Source: Bryobacterales bacterium
GTDB taxonomy: Bacteria > Acidobacteriota > Terriglobia > Bryobacterales > UBA6623
Assembly (NCBI GenBank): GCA_963422375.2
Contig: OY729428.2
Coordinates: 576,001-640,000, forward strand
Length of the DNA: 64,000 nt
Direction: 5' to 3'
A model generated the notes under the pieces. The model was not told where the DNA came from. It saw only the letters and a program-made list of their open reading frames with translations, and searched no databases. Shown piece after piece: positions 1 through 8,413 of this stretch. Both the position numbers and the translations under genes were made by a program. Each line of letters starts with the position of its first letter. Position 1 is the first letter of the stretch.

Positions 1-55
1 GGAACGGAACATCGCCGACGTGGAGACTTGGAGAACGGCCCGCGGCGCCGAGTGA
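1..55 (+). CDS. possible C-terminal end of a gene entering the window
   Basis: Frame 2 is open from the window edge (ERNIADVETWRTARGAE) to TGA at 53-55, convergent with the next gene. Confidence 0.35.
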   Translation, partial: ERNIADVETWRTARGAE

Positions 56-76
56 CGCGGGCGAACCGGCCCGAGC

Positions 77-1045
77 CTACCGCGTCGCGGAACGGGCGTC
101 CAGCTGGAGCATGGCGTCCCTGGCGATCGCGGCAGCCCGGTCGTCGGGGTGCCGGCGCAGAAAGTCCTCCAGTTCCGCGCGGGCCAGCTCGAGGTCCCCT
201 TCCCGGGCATGGATCTCCGCGAGGAACAGCTGCGGATTGCTGAAGTGGGACGCGTCGGCTTCCTTCGCTCGCAGCAGGTATTCCTTCGCCTTGCCGAACT
301 GCCCCTTGTAGAAGAAGTTCATGCCGAGCTGGGAGTTCGCCAGGGCGTCCCCCGGCTGCATGCTGCGAGCCATCAGGTTGAAGCTGAGGGCCTCGTCGTA
401 GCGACCCTGCGAGAGCAGCGTCCCGCCTAGATTCACCATGGGCGCGTAGGCCAGAGGCTCGTACTCGAGAGCCTTGCGGAAGCGCTCCTCGGCCACGTCC
501 AGACTCCTGGCCTTGTAGGCGATCGTGCCGAGCTCGTTCCAGACCTCCGCGAAGGAGGGCGATATCTCGACGGCCCTGAGCAGGAGTTCGATCGCGCCCG
601 CCTCGTCTCCCCGGCCGAGCCTAGCGCGGGCCCTCCGCACGGCGGAGCGCGCCTTCGGGGAGACCTTGAGCGCGGCGACCGAGACCGTGCTCCGGCCTTC
701 CACTCGCCTCGAACGAGACGAATCGGAGCGGTCCAAGTTCACTTCGACGCGCACGCGCCCCTTGGAGTCGGCGAACGAGGGCGTGACCTGCACCGTCTTG
801 CGCGTGACGCCCCAGCGGGGATCCATCACGGTCAGGGTGTAGGCGCCCGGTTCGAGCGACCGGAACTGGAAGGCGCTGTGGCGCACCGGGACTTCGAGAT
901 AGAACGGGCTCTCGACGGCCGATACCGCGGCGACACCCCGCTCGAGGGGAGGCTCGACCTTGCCGTGGAGCGCTAGGGAAGCCGCCTGGACAGGCCAGCA
1001 GGCCAGCGCCAGGGCCGCGAGAAGTCGCCGTCGCTCTCCGCGCAC
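77..1045 (-). CDS. exported TPR protein with N-terminal carboxypeptidase-regulatory-like domain
   Basis: Signal-like RRRLLAALALACW, FQFRSLEPGAYTLTV beta-sandwich motif, several TPRs (VWNELGTIAY, MVNLGGTLL); start uncertain, ORF open to 1162. Confidence 0.8.
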   Translation of the reverse strand: MRGERRRLLAALALACWPVQAASLALHGKVEPPLERGVAAVSAVESPFYLEVPVRHSAFQFRSLEPGAYTLTVMDPRWGVTRKTVQVTPSFADSKGRVRVEVNLDRSDSSRSRRVEGRSTVSVAALKVSPKARSAVRRARARLGRGDEAGAIELLLRAVEISPSFAEVWNELGTIAYKARSLDVAEERFRKALEYEPLAYAPMVNLGGTLLSQGRYDEALSFNLMARSMQPGDALANSQLGMNFFYKGQFGKAKEYLLRAKEADASHFSNPQLFLAEIHAREGDLELARAELEDFLRRHPDDRAAAIARDAMLQLDARSATR

Positions 1046-1255
1046 TGCGAGTTCAGTGTCGCATGGCGAGGGCCCGGAAGGCCGGAAGAGACTCGCCGTT
1101 TCCGGAGCACGCAGCGAGCGCAGCGCGACGCACGCGCTTCGTGCCGGAGCCGCGGAGCGCATTCGGAACGAGACGATCGGACGCGGCGCTTGAGTAGGGC
1201 AGGCGCGGAGCCTGCGAAGGCGTCCGTCCCGGTCGCGGGCGGAAGCGCTGGCCCC

Positions 1256-1599
1256 TCAGCGCGTCCGGGCCGGTCCGGCGGGCCGATCGTCGCGGCCGCC
1301 GCTCTGGAACTTCACGGAATAAACCGTGCATGCAGCGATACCGATTTCAAAGAGGTTGACAACGGACCAGATTTCTTGACTCAACGGCACCGGAGGGATA
1401 GGATTGTGGAGGGCCGTAACAATCCGAGGATCCACACCCAGTCCGTCAAGCCGCGACGGTAGGCTTGGACTGCAAGATAGGCGAACGCAGGGCAGCAGAT
1501 CCATCGCGGCGGAACGTAGCAGGCGTACGGGTTGCCCGGATAGAAAGCCCATGCATCCATGAGAATGACTACCGGTTGCGGCACCCAGATTCTTTTCAT
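1256..1599 (-). pseudogene. frameshifted small membrane protein (DUF6804-like)
   Basis: NPYACYVPPRWICC..TDWVWILG continues in another frame as IVTALHNPIPPVPLSQEIWSVVNL; frameshift near 1420. Confidence 0.6.
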
Positions 1600-1707
1600 G
1601 CCGCGCGCTCCTGAATCCCCAACCTACGGGCCGCGGCCTCCGGCATTGGCGGGATTACCATAGTAGGTTCAAAGCCGGTTCGGTCGCGGGTCGGCAGGCC
1701 GGAAAGC

Positions 1708-2364
1708 ATGAGCCTACCTACCTTCGCGCGCAACGCCATCTCGGACTACAAGCGCACGGCGGCGGTGGCTCCCAGCTCGAAGCAGCTCGCCCGCGCGATG
1801 GTCGACCCGTGGCGCGGAGCCGCGCCGCGACTGGTTGTCGAATTCGGGCCGGGCACCGGCGTGATGACCCGCGAGCTGCTACGGCTGCTGCCCGCGGACG
1901 GCACCCTGCTGGCGTTCGAGATCAGCGCGAGCTTCGCCGGATACCTCAGCGAGACCATCAGCGACCCGCGCCTGCAAGTCGTGCGCGCGGGCGCGGAGAC
2001 CGCCGCCTTGGAACTGCGCCGCCGCGGCATCGTCGCGGTCAACGGTATCGTGTCCTCGCTCGGAATCGGGTTCATGGACTCGGACGGGACGGACGCCATC
2101 TTCAGGCCGCTGCTGCCGCTGCTGGGCGAGAGCGGCACCGTCACGCAGTTCCAGTACGCCCACCGGATGCGCTGGCACGGCGGTCGCTTGGAATTCTTCA
2201 ACGCCGGCTCGTTCATGGAGCGCTACTTCCACTCGGTCGAGTCGACTTTGGTGCTGATGAACCTGCCCCCCGCCCTCGTGATTACCTGCCGGGGGGCGCG
2301 AAGCTTCGCCCGGACCGCGCCCGGCACTGGCAACGGCACCCCTCTCGGGTATACTCGCAGCTAG
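1708..2364 (+). CDS. class I SAM methyltransferase, phospholipid N-methyltransferase-like
   Basis: AVAPSS..LARAM, VVEFGPGTG SAM motif, TQFQY, NLPPA. Confidence 0.85.
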   Translation: MSLPTFARNAISDYKRTAAVAPSSKQLARAMVDPWRGAAPRLVVEFGPGTGVMTRELLRLLPADGTLLAFEISASFAGYLSETISDPRLQVVRAGAETAALELRRRGIVAVNGIVSSLGIGFMDSDGTDAIFRPLLPLLGESGTVTQFQYAHRMRWHGGRLEFFNAGSFMERYFHSVESTLVLMNLPPALVITCRGARSFARTAPGTGNGTPLGYTRS

Positions 2365-2407
2365 CGGTTCGGAGCCCGCCGCGCCTTCCTCCCGCCGGTG
2401 AAACAGG

Positions 2408-2938
2408 GTGCTTGACATAGTTCTGGGCGCGATCCTGGCGGTGTCGGTGTTCCTAGCGGCGCGCAACGGAATCACCAAGGAAGTCGTCCGGATCGTCGCC
2501 CTGATCGGGGGCTTGATCACGGCGATGTGGGGCCACGACGCGCTGGCGCTGGAGCTGCGGCCTTGGATCGAGAGCGAGCGGGCGGCGGCCTGCGTAGCGT
2601 TCGCGCTGCTGTTCCTGGCCTGCCTGCTCGCCGGCTCGCTGCTGGCCTACCTGCTGGCAGGGGCGTGGAGGCTGACCGGCATGGCGTGGGTCGACATGGC
2701 GCTGGGGGCGGCGTTCGGCTTGGTCCGCGGCCTGCTCGTGGCGGCGGGCCTGCTGCTCGGCATGGTCGCGTTCCAGCCGTTCGCGGGAACATCGAGCCTC
2801 GTCGCGGAGTCGAAGATCGCGCCGTGGGTCATGAACGTGGCGCGAACCGCCACGCAGGCGGCGCCGCGAGCGTTCAGGGAGACCTTCGGCCGGGGCGCGG
2901 CCCAGGTCGAGGAGGAACGGGCCGAGACTCGGTCCTGA
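2408..2938 (+). CDS. cvpA: CvpA family membrane protein
   Basis: LDIVLG..RNGITKEV and DMALGAAFGLVRG motifs, four TM segments. Confidence 0.85.
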   Translation: MLDIVLGAILAVSVFLAARNGITKEVVRIVALIGGLITAMWGHDALALELRPWIESERAAACVAFALLFLACLLAGSLLAYLLAGAWRLTGMAWVDMALGAAFGLVRGLLVAAGLLLGMVAFQPFAGTSSLVAESKIAPWVMNVARTATQAAPRAFRETFGRGAAQVEEERAETRS

Positions 2939-2945
2939 AGTGGCG

Positions 2946-4361
2946 ATGCAAGCGACCGATCGGCAGCCCAAGGCACCGGCTGCACCCAAAGACCGCTCCG
3001 AGGGCCCGCCGGGTCGGCGCGCCTTCCTGCAGGCCGCCGGCGGAGCGTCCCTGACGGCCGCCTCGGCCTCGCGGGTGGCCGGAGCCAACTCGCGGCTGCG
3101 GGTCGCACTCGTCGGCTGCGGCGGGCGCGGCCGGAGCGTGGCCCAGCGCGTGGCCGCCGCCGACGGAGTCGAGTACGGCTCGTTCTGCGACGTCTACGAC
3201 AGGCAGGCCCTCGAGGCGCGCGAGGCGCTGGGCCGCGGCGGCTGGGTCGGCCGGGACTTCCGCCGCGTCGTCGACGACAAGGAGATCGACGCCGTCCACG
3301 TGGCCACGCCCGACCACTGGCATGCCCTGCCCGCCGTGGCCGCCGTCGAGGCCGGCAAGCACGTGTACGTCGAGAAGCCGCTCGGGCACAACGTGCTGGA
3401 GGGCCGGGCGATGGTCCGGGCCGCGGCCAAGTCGAAGGCGGTATTCCTCACCGGCACGCAGCACCGGTCCGCGCCCCACCTGCGCGAAGCGGCGCGGCTC
3501 GTCCGGGAAGGCGAGCTCAAGGACGTGCATTTCGTGCGCGTGTGGAACTACGCCAATCTCACGCCGTCCGGGCCCGGCAGGACGCCCGATTCCGAGCCGC
3601 CGCCGGGCTTGGACTGGGACTTCTACCTCGGGCCCGCCCCGTGGGCGCCGTTCAACCCGATGCGCTTCCTGCGGACCTACCGCTTCTTCTACGACTACGC
3701 GGGCGGCTGGATCACGGATTTCGGGACGCACCGCTTCGACACAGTCCACCAGATCATGGGCCAGGACCAGCCGCGGACCGTGACGGCGGCGGGCGGCCGC
3801 TTCGCCGTGAGCGGCATGGGAGACCAGCCCGACTTGCTCCAGGTGACGTTCGAGTACCCCGGCTTCGTTCTGAGCTACGAGACCTGCAATATCAACTCGT
3901 TCGGGAGCATGGGCCGGCTCACGCCCGGCATGCCGCTGCACGGCGCCCGCGGCGCGGAGAACCGGCCGAACGGAATGGCGTTCTACGGCAGCAACGGAAC
4001 GCTGATCGCCGACCGCCTCGGCTACGAGGTGATCCCGGAGACCAGCCCCTACGGGGGCTCCCTGAGCAGCCGCGAGGCCTTCGAGCCGAGCGGGCTGGCC
4101 AGAACGCACCGTTCCGGCTCGGAGCCGTCGGCCCTGCACGCCCAGCACTTCGTGCGCTGCGTGCGCGACGGCGAGAGCCCCCTGTCGGACGCGGTGACCG
4201 GGCATCGCTCCTCCTTGGTCGCCCATCTCGGCAACATCGCCTACCGGGCCGGGCGCAAGCTGGTCTGGGACGGCGAGCGGGAAGACTTCGTCAACGACGC
4301 GGGGGCGTCACGGCTGCTCGGCCGCAAGGCCCGGAAGCCTTGGGACGCTATCAGCCTCTAG
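2946..4361 (+). CDS. Gfo/Idh/MocA oxidoreductase, Tat-exported
   Basis: GRRAFL Tat motif, GCGGRG, ATPDHWH, YVEKP. Confidence 0.9.
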   Translation: MQATDRQPKAPAAPKDRSEGPPGRRAFLQAAGGASLTAASASRVAGANSRLRVALVGCGGRGRSVAQRVAAADGVEYGSFCDVYDRQALEAREALGRGGWVGRDFRRVVDDKEIDAVHVATPDHWHALPAVAAVEAGKHVYVEKPLGHNVLEGRAMVRAAAKSKAVFLTGTQHRSAPHLREAARLVREGELKDVHFVRVWNYANLTPSGPGRTPDSEPPPGLDWDFYLGPAPWAPFNPMRFLRTYRFFYDYAGGWITDFGTHRFDTVHQIMGQDQPRTVTAAGGRFAVSGMGDQPDLLQVTFEYPGFVLSYETCNINSFGSMGRLTPGMPLHGARGAENRPNGMAFYGSNGTLIADRLGYEVIPETSPYGGSLSSREAFEPSGLARTHRSGSEPSALHAQHFVRCVRDGESPLSDAVTGHRSSLVAHLGNIAYRAGRKLVWDGEREDFVNDAGASRLLGRKARKPWDAISL

Positions 4362-4447
4362 CGGCCGGCTCGCCGCGCCCCGGGGCATCCCCCGCCAAGC
4401 CGGCGGCGGGAAACCGCATGCCCTCCCGACTCGTCTATCGAAACAGG

Positions 4448-5422
4448 ATGAGAGCCTTTCTGACGGCGCTCGCGTCGCTGGCCGCGCTGGCCGCCGTCAG
4501 CGCCCAGGACGCCGAGATCGGCCCGGGCGGGGCGGACGCGACATTCTCTCTCGACGTCAGGGTCGTCAACCTCCTAGCGACCGTCAAGGACCGCAACGGA
4601 CACCTTGTCGCGGACCTTGGGAGGGACGATTTCGTCCTGGCCGAGGACGGCGTCCGCCAGGAGGTGCGCTACTTCGCGCACCAGACCGACCTGCCGCTCA
4701 CGATCGGGGTTCTCATCGATACGAGCGGCAGCCAAGAGGCGCTGATCCCGGAGGAACGCAGCGCCGGATCCCTGTTCTTCCGCTCGGTCCTGCGCCCCCG
4801 GCAGGATCTCGCGTTCCTGATGAGCTTCGACCGAAACGTCGAGCTACTGCAGGACTACACCAGCTCGCAGGAGCTCCTCCAGCGGGCGCTGGACGACCTC
4901 GAGGTGGAAGGGGCGACCCGCGGGCTGCATCCCAACCCGACCGGCCGCCAGAAGCAGACCAGCACGGCCCTGCACGACGCGGTCTTCCTCGCCGCCGACG
5001 AGATGTTCCGCGACCAAGTTGGCCGCAAGGCGGTCGTCGTGATCTCGGACGGATTCGATTTCGGCAGCAAGGTGCGGCTGAAGGCCGCGATCGAGGCAGC
5101 TCAGCGAGCCGACATCGTGATCTACACCGTCGAGTACCTCGACCGGAGATTCGCCGGAGGATACCTGCAGATGGGTTTCGGCTCGGGGTCGCTGAGGCGC
5201 ATGTCGCAAGAGACCGGCGGCACCTTCTTCCGCGTCTCGCGCACGCAGCGGCTGCCGGACATCTTCCGGCAGATCGAGGACGAGATGCGCAGCCAGTACA
5301 GCCTCGGGTACAGCCCCAAGCGCGGCTTGGAGCAGCCGGGATTTCGCAGGATCACGCTTAAGACGGCGCGACGGGGACTGAAGGTGCAAGCCCGCGACGG
5401 CTACTACGCCGACGCCATCTAG
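4448..5422 (+). CDS. VWA domain protein (acidobacterial VWFA-related type)
   Basis: Signal peptide, DTSGS MIDAS, TALHDAV, ISDG, ETGG, QYSLGY, ARDGYY. Confidence 0.9.
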   Translation: MRAFLTALASLAALAAVSAQDAEIGPGGADATFSLDVRVVNLLATVKDRNGHLVADLGRDDFVLAEDGVRQEVRYFAHQTDLPLTIGVLIDTSGSQEALIPEERSAGSLFFRSVLRPRQDLAFLMSFDRNVELLQDYTSSQELLQRALDDLEVEGATRGLHPNPTGRQKQTSTALHDAVFLAADEMFRDQVGRKAVVVISDGFDFGSKVRLKAAIEAAQRADIVIYTVEYLDRRFAGGYLQMGFGSGSLRRMSQETGGTFFRVSRTQRLPDIFRQIEDEMRSQYSLGYSPKRGLEQPGFRRITLKTARRGLKVQARDGYYADAI

Positions 5423-5435
5423 GCGGGAGCCGACG

Positions 5436-6158
5436 TCACAGGCTCCGCACGGCGAGGCGCACGACGTCGTCGACGCGCATCGCTTCCTTGACCACGTAGG
5501 GCTCGCCGTACTCCGCGTCGATCAGGGCGCCGTAGGTGCGGGCCGCGGCCCGGATCCGGGCCGCGACCTCTTTCTCGCCCGGGAACAGGCCCGCCGCCTG
5601 CGCCTGGTCGGCGTACTGTGACCGGTAGCAGAGCAGCGCCTCCAGGCGGCGCTCGAACTGCGCCGAAATGTCGACGATGAAGCTCGGGCGGACATCGGCG
5701 TAGATCGATGCGTAGAGGATCTTGCGCGGCCGGTGGGGCGGCGCGTCGGCTTCCAGCTTCCGCAGGCCGGCGAGGAAGCAGGCATCGTACCCGATCTCCG
5801 AGCAGCGGGCGTGATCGGGATGCCGCGCCTGCCAGTAGGGCAGGACCACTACCTGGGGACGGAAGCGCCGAATCCACGAGACGACTTTCAAGCGGGCCTC
5901 GAGCGTGTTCTCGAGCCGGGCGTCGGGCAGGCCCGCGTTGCCGCGAGCCGCAACCCGCAGGACCTCGGCCGCGGCGGCGGCCTCGCGCAGCCGCAGCTCG
6001 GGAGTGCCCCGGCTGCCCATCTCGCCCTTGGTCAGATCCAGGATCGCAGTGCGGTAGCCCCGCTCCGCCATGCGCAGGAGCGTGCCGCCGCAGGTCTGCT
6101 CGATGTCGTCCGGATGCGCGGCCAGCGCTAGGACGTGGGCGCGGGCGTCTGGTTCCAC
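5436..6158 (-). CDS. bshB1: N-acetylglucosaminyl-malate deacetylase (PIG-L family)
   Basis: AHPDDIE, DLTKGEMGSRGT, RHPDH; GTG start with GGAGG upstream. Confidence 0.85.
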   Translation of the reverse strand: MEPDARAHVLALAAHPDDIEQTCGGTLLRMAERGYRTAILDLTKGEMGSRGTPELRLREAAAAAEVLRVAARGNAGLPDARLENTLEARLKVVSWIRRFRPQVVVLPYWQARHPDHARCSEIGYDACFLAGLRKLEADAPPHRPRKILYASIYADVRPSFIVDISAQFERRLEALLCYRSQYADQAQAAGLFPGEKEVAARIRAAARTYGALIDAEYGEPYVVKEAMRVDDVVRLAVRSL

Positions 6159-7096
6159 CGGCCGTCCTCCCTGTCGAATCCGCGGCCCGCGTGCCGGAGG
6201 AACACGTCCTCCAGGCCGGGCCGCGACACCTTGACCGACTCGATCCGCCCGCCGAAGCGCTCCATCAGCCGGGCCGCCCAGAGCGACCCCTGGGCATGCT
6301 CGAAGCGCACCTCGCGCCCGCGGACCAAGGCGCCCGCCAGGGAATACTCGCTGGCGAGGACGGCGGCGACCTCGGCCGCCGCGCCGGAGGCGAGGGTCAC
6401 GACCTCGCCGCCGATCTCCTGCTTGAGCTCGCGCGGGGAGCCCTGCCGGATCAGCCTGCCGCGATCCAGGATCGCCAGGCGGTCGCACGAATCCGCTTCC
6501 TCGAGCAGGTGGGTCGTGAGCAGGACGGTCACGCCCTCCGAGCTCCGCAGATCCTCCAGATGGCGGCGGAAGGCGAGCCGAGCACCGGGGTCGATCCCGG
6601 CGCTCGGCTCGTCTAGCAGCAGGAGGCGCGGCCCGTGCAGCAGGCCCTTGGCGAGATCCGCCCGCCGTCTCAGCCCCCCGGACAGCCTGTCGACGCGCTC
6701 CTTGCGCCTGTCGCCGAGCCCGACCCGCTCGAGCACCTCGGCGATCCTAGCCCCGAGCCGCGCGCCGCGCATCCCGTGCATGCGCCCTTGGTGCCTCAGG
6801 TTCTCCTCGACGGTAAGGCGCCAGTCGAGGCTCTGGGCCTGGAACACGATGCCCACCTGGCGGCGGGCCCCCACCGGATCCGAGGCGACGTCGACGCCGA
6901 AAACCCGCGCCGCGCCGCGGTCCGGGAGCAGGAGGGTCGACAGGATGCGGAAGAGCGTGGTCTTGCCGCTCCCGTTCGGCCCGAGCAGGCCGAACACCGC
7001 GCCCTGCGGGACGCGGAAGCTGACGCTGTCCAGCGCGCGCGCCTTGCCGTAGCTGAAGGTACAGGCGGCAACCTCGATTGCGGGGACCTCTGCCAT
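6128..7096 (-). CDS. ABC-2 exporter ATP-binding subunit (DrrA-like)
   Basis: GPNGSGKT, LSGG, LLLDEP, TTH, C-terminal PGLEDVFL. Confidence 0.9.
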   Translation of the reverse strand: MAEVPAIEVAACTFSYGKARALDSVSFRVPQGAVFGLLGPNGSGKTTLFRILSTLLLPDRGAARVFGVDVASDPVGARRQVGIVFQAQSLDWRLTVEENLRHQGRMHGMRGARLGARIAEVLERVGLGDRRKERVDRLSGGLRRRADLAKGLLHGPRLLLLDEPSAGIDPGARLAFRRHLEDLRSSEGVTVLLTTHLLEEADSCDRLAILDRGRLIRQGSPRELKQEIGGEVVTLASGAAAEVAAVLASEYSLAGALVRGREVRFEHAQGSLWAARLMERFGGRIESVKVSRPGLEDVFLRHAGRGFDREDGRWNQTPAPTS

Positions 7097-7180
7097 CGGC
7101 GGGCTCAAAAAACGAACGTAGCACAGGCTCCCGGCGCCGCCGCCCCGGCCCGTTCGCGGGCCGCCGGAGCGCCCGAGGCG

Positions 7181-8266
7181 TCAGCCCGTCTCGCGGAGCG
7201 CCTGCAGCACGCCCTTGATATAGCCGAACCCGTAGGCGAAGCCCTGCCGCCCGCCGGGGTCGTCGTCATGCAGCGGGACGTGGTCGGGCATGACCATGTA
7301 GGGGTAGTCGACCTCCCACAGCGTGCGGGCCACCTCGACCATGTTCAGGTCGCCCTCGTCCGGATAGACCTCTTGGAAGCTGTCGCGCCTCCCGCGGATG
7401 TTGCGGAAGTGGATGTTGAATAGCTTCCCCGCCCCGCCGATGCGCCGGATCACGCCATGAACCTCGCGGGCCGGATCCTGCAGCATTTCCGCGGTCGTGC
7501 CGACGCACAGGTTGAAGCCGTGGAAGGGGCTCTCCTGGATGCCCATGAACCGGTACAGGCCCTCTGGCGTGCCGAGGACGCGCGCGACGCCCTGGTAGCC
7601 CTCCGGGGGCACGCCCGGGTCGTGAGGATGGCAGGCGGCCCGGATCCCGAACTCGTTCGCGACCGGAATCACCCGGTCGAGGAAGTACGTGATCCGCTCC
7701 CAAGCGGCGTCGGCGTCCACGCGCCCGGCGCGCGTCAGGGGCGGGTCCGGCACCGCCTCGTCGAGGCGCCAGGTCGAGTATGTCGAACCCCCGCGGCCCG
7801 GGGTCCGCTCGGTGCGCAGCACCCCGAGAATGCTCATGTTGTACTTGAAGGCTGGGATTCCGGCCTCGGCGCAGCCGCGAATCATCCGGTGAATGTGATC
7901 GATGTCGCGGTCGCGCTCGGGAGACTGGCCCAGCATGATGGCCCCGCGGCGCTCCCGGTCGATGTGCGAGGAGGCGAGGAACGGCAGCGCGACCATGTCG
8001 AGTGACACGCCCTCGGACGCGCACAGTTCGCGCGTCCTCTCGAGATCCTCCGGCAGCCAGTAGCCGCGCTCGCCCGGATCGGGCGGGTAGCCGCAGCAGT
8101 TGTTCACCCCGTGGCGCTTCAGGAACTGCAGCATCTCGACGCTGGTGGGGCTGCGCTGGGCGCCGACGTGCATCCTCAATGGAGGGCGCGCGGTGCGGGG
8201 AGGGGCTTCCGCCCCGGTGCAGGCGGCTCCCGCCGCCGACGTAACGAACGCTCTGCGATGCATCAA
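7181..8266 (-). CDS. uxuA: mannonate dehydratase family protein with Tat-like leader
   Basis: CHPHDP, IHFRN, EGDLNM, MPDHVP, YGFGYIKG; N-terminal HRRAFV. Confidence 0.8.
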   Translation of the reverse strand: MMHRRAFVTSAAGAACTGAEAPPRTARPPLRMHVGAQRSPTSVEMLQFLKRHGVNNCCGYPPDPGERGYWLPEDLERTRELCASEGVSLDMVALPFLASSHIDRERRGAIMLGQSPERDRDIDHIHRMIRGCAEAGIPAFKYNMSILGVLRTERTPGRGGSTYSTWRLDEAVPDPPLTRAGRVDADAAWERITYFLDRVIPVANEFGIRAACHPHDPGVPPEGYQGVARVLGTPEGLYRFMGIQESPFHGFNLCVGTTAEMLQDPAREVHGVIRRIGGAGKLFNIHFRNIRGRRDSFQEVYPDEGDLNMVEVARTLWEVDYPYMVMPDHVPLHDDDPGGRQGFAYGFGYIKGVLQALRETG

Positions 8267-8413
8267 GCTGCGCCTCCCTCCCCGCGAGCGGAATCCGGAA
8301 CCCGCGGGCTACCCCGACACTGTACAATGGAAGCACCCGGTATGGGGTTGCCGGGCCCGTCGCGAGCCAGCGCGCTCGAGGACAGCGATTAGATTCGTAA
8401 TAGGAGGATTACA

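Noticed and set aside
3542..5422. 626-aa ORF as a large VWA fusion
   Set aside because: The N-half overlaps the oxidoreductase out of frame; the signal peptide starts at 4448.
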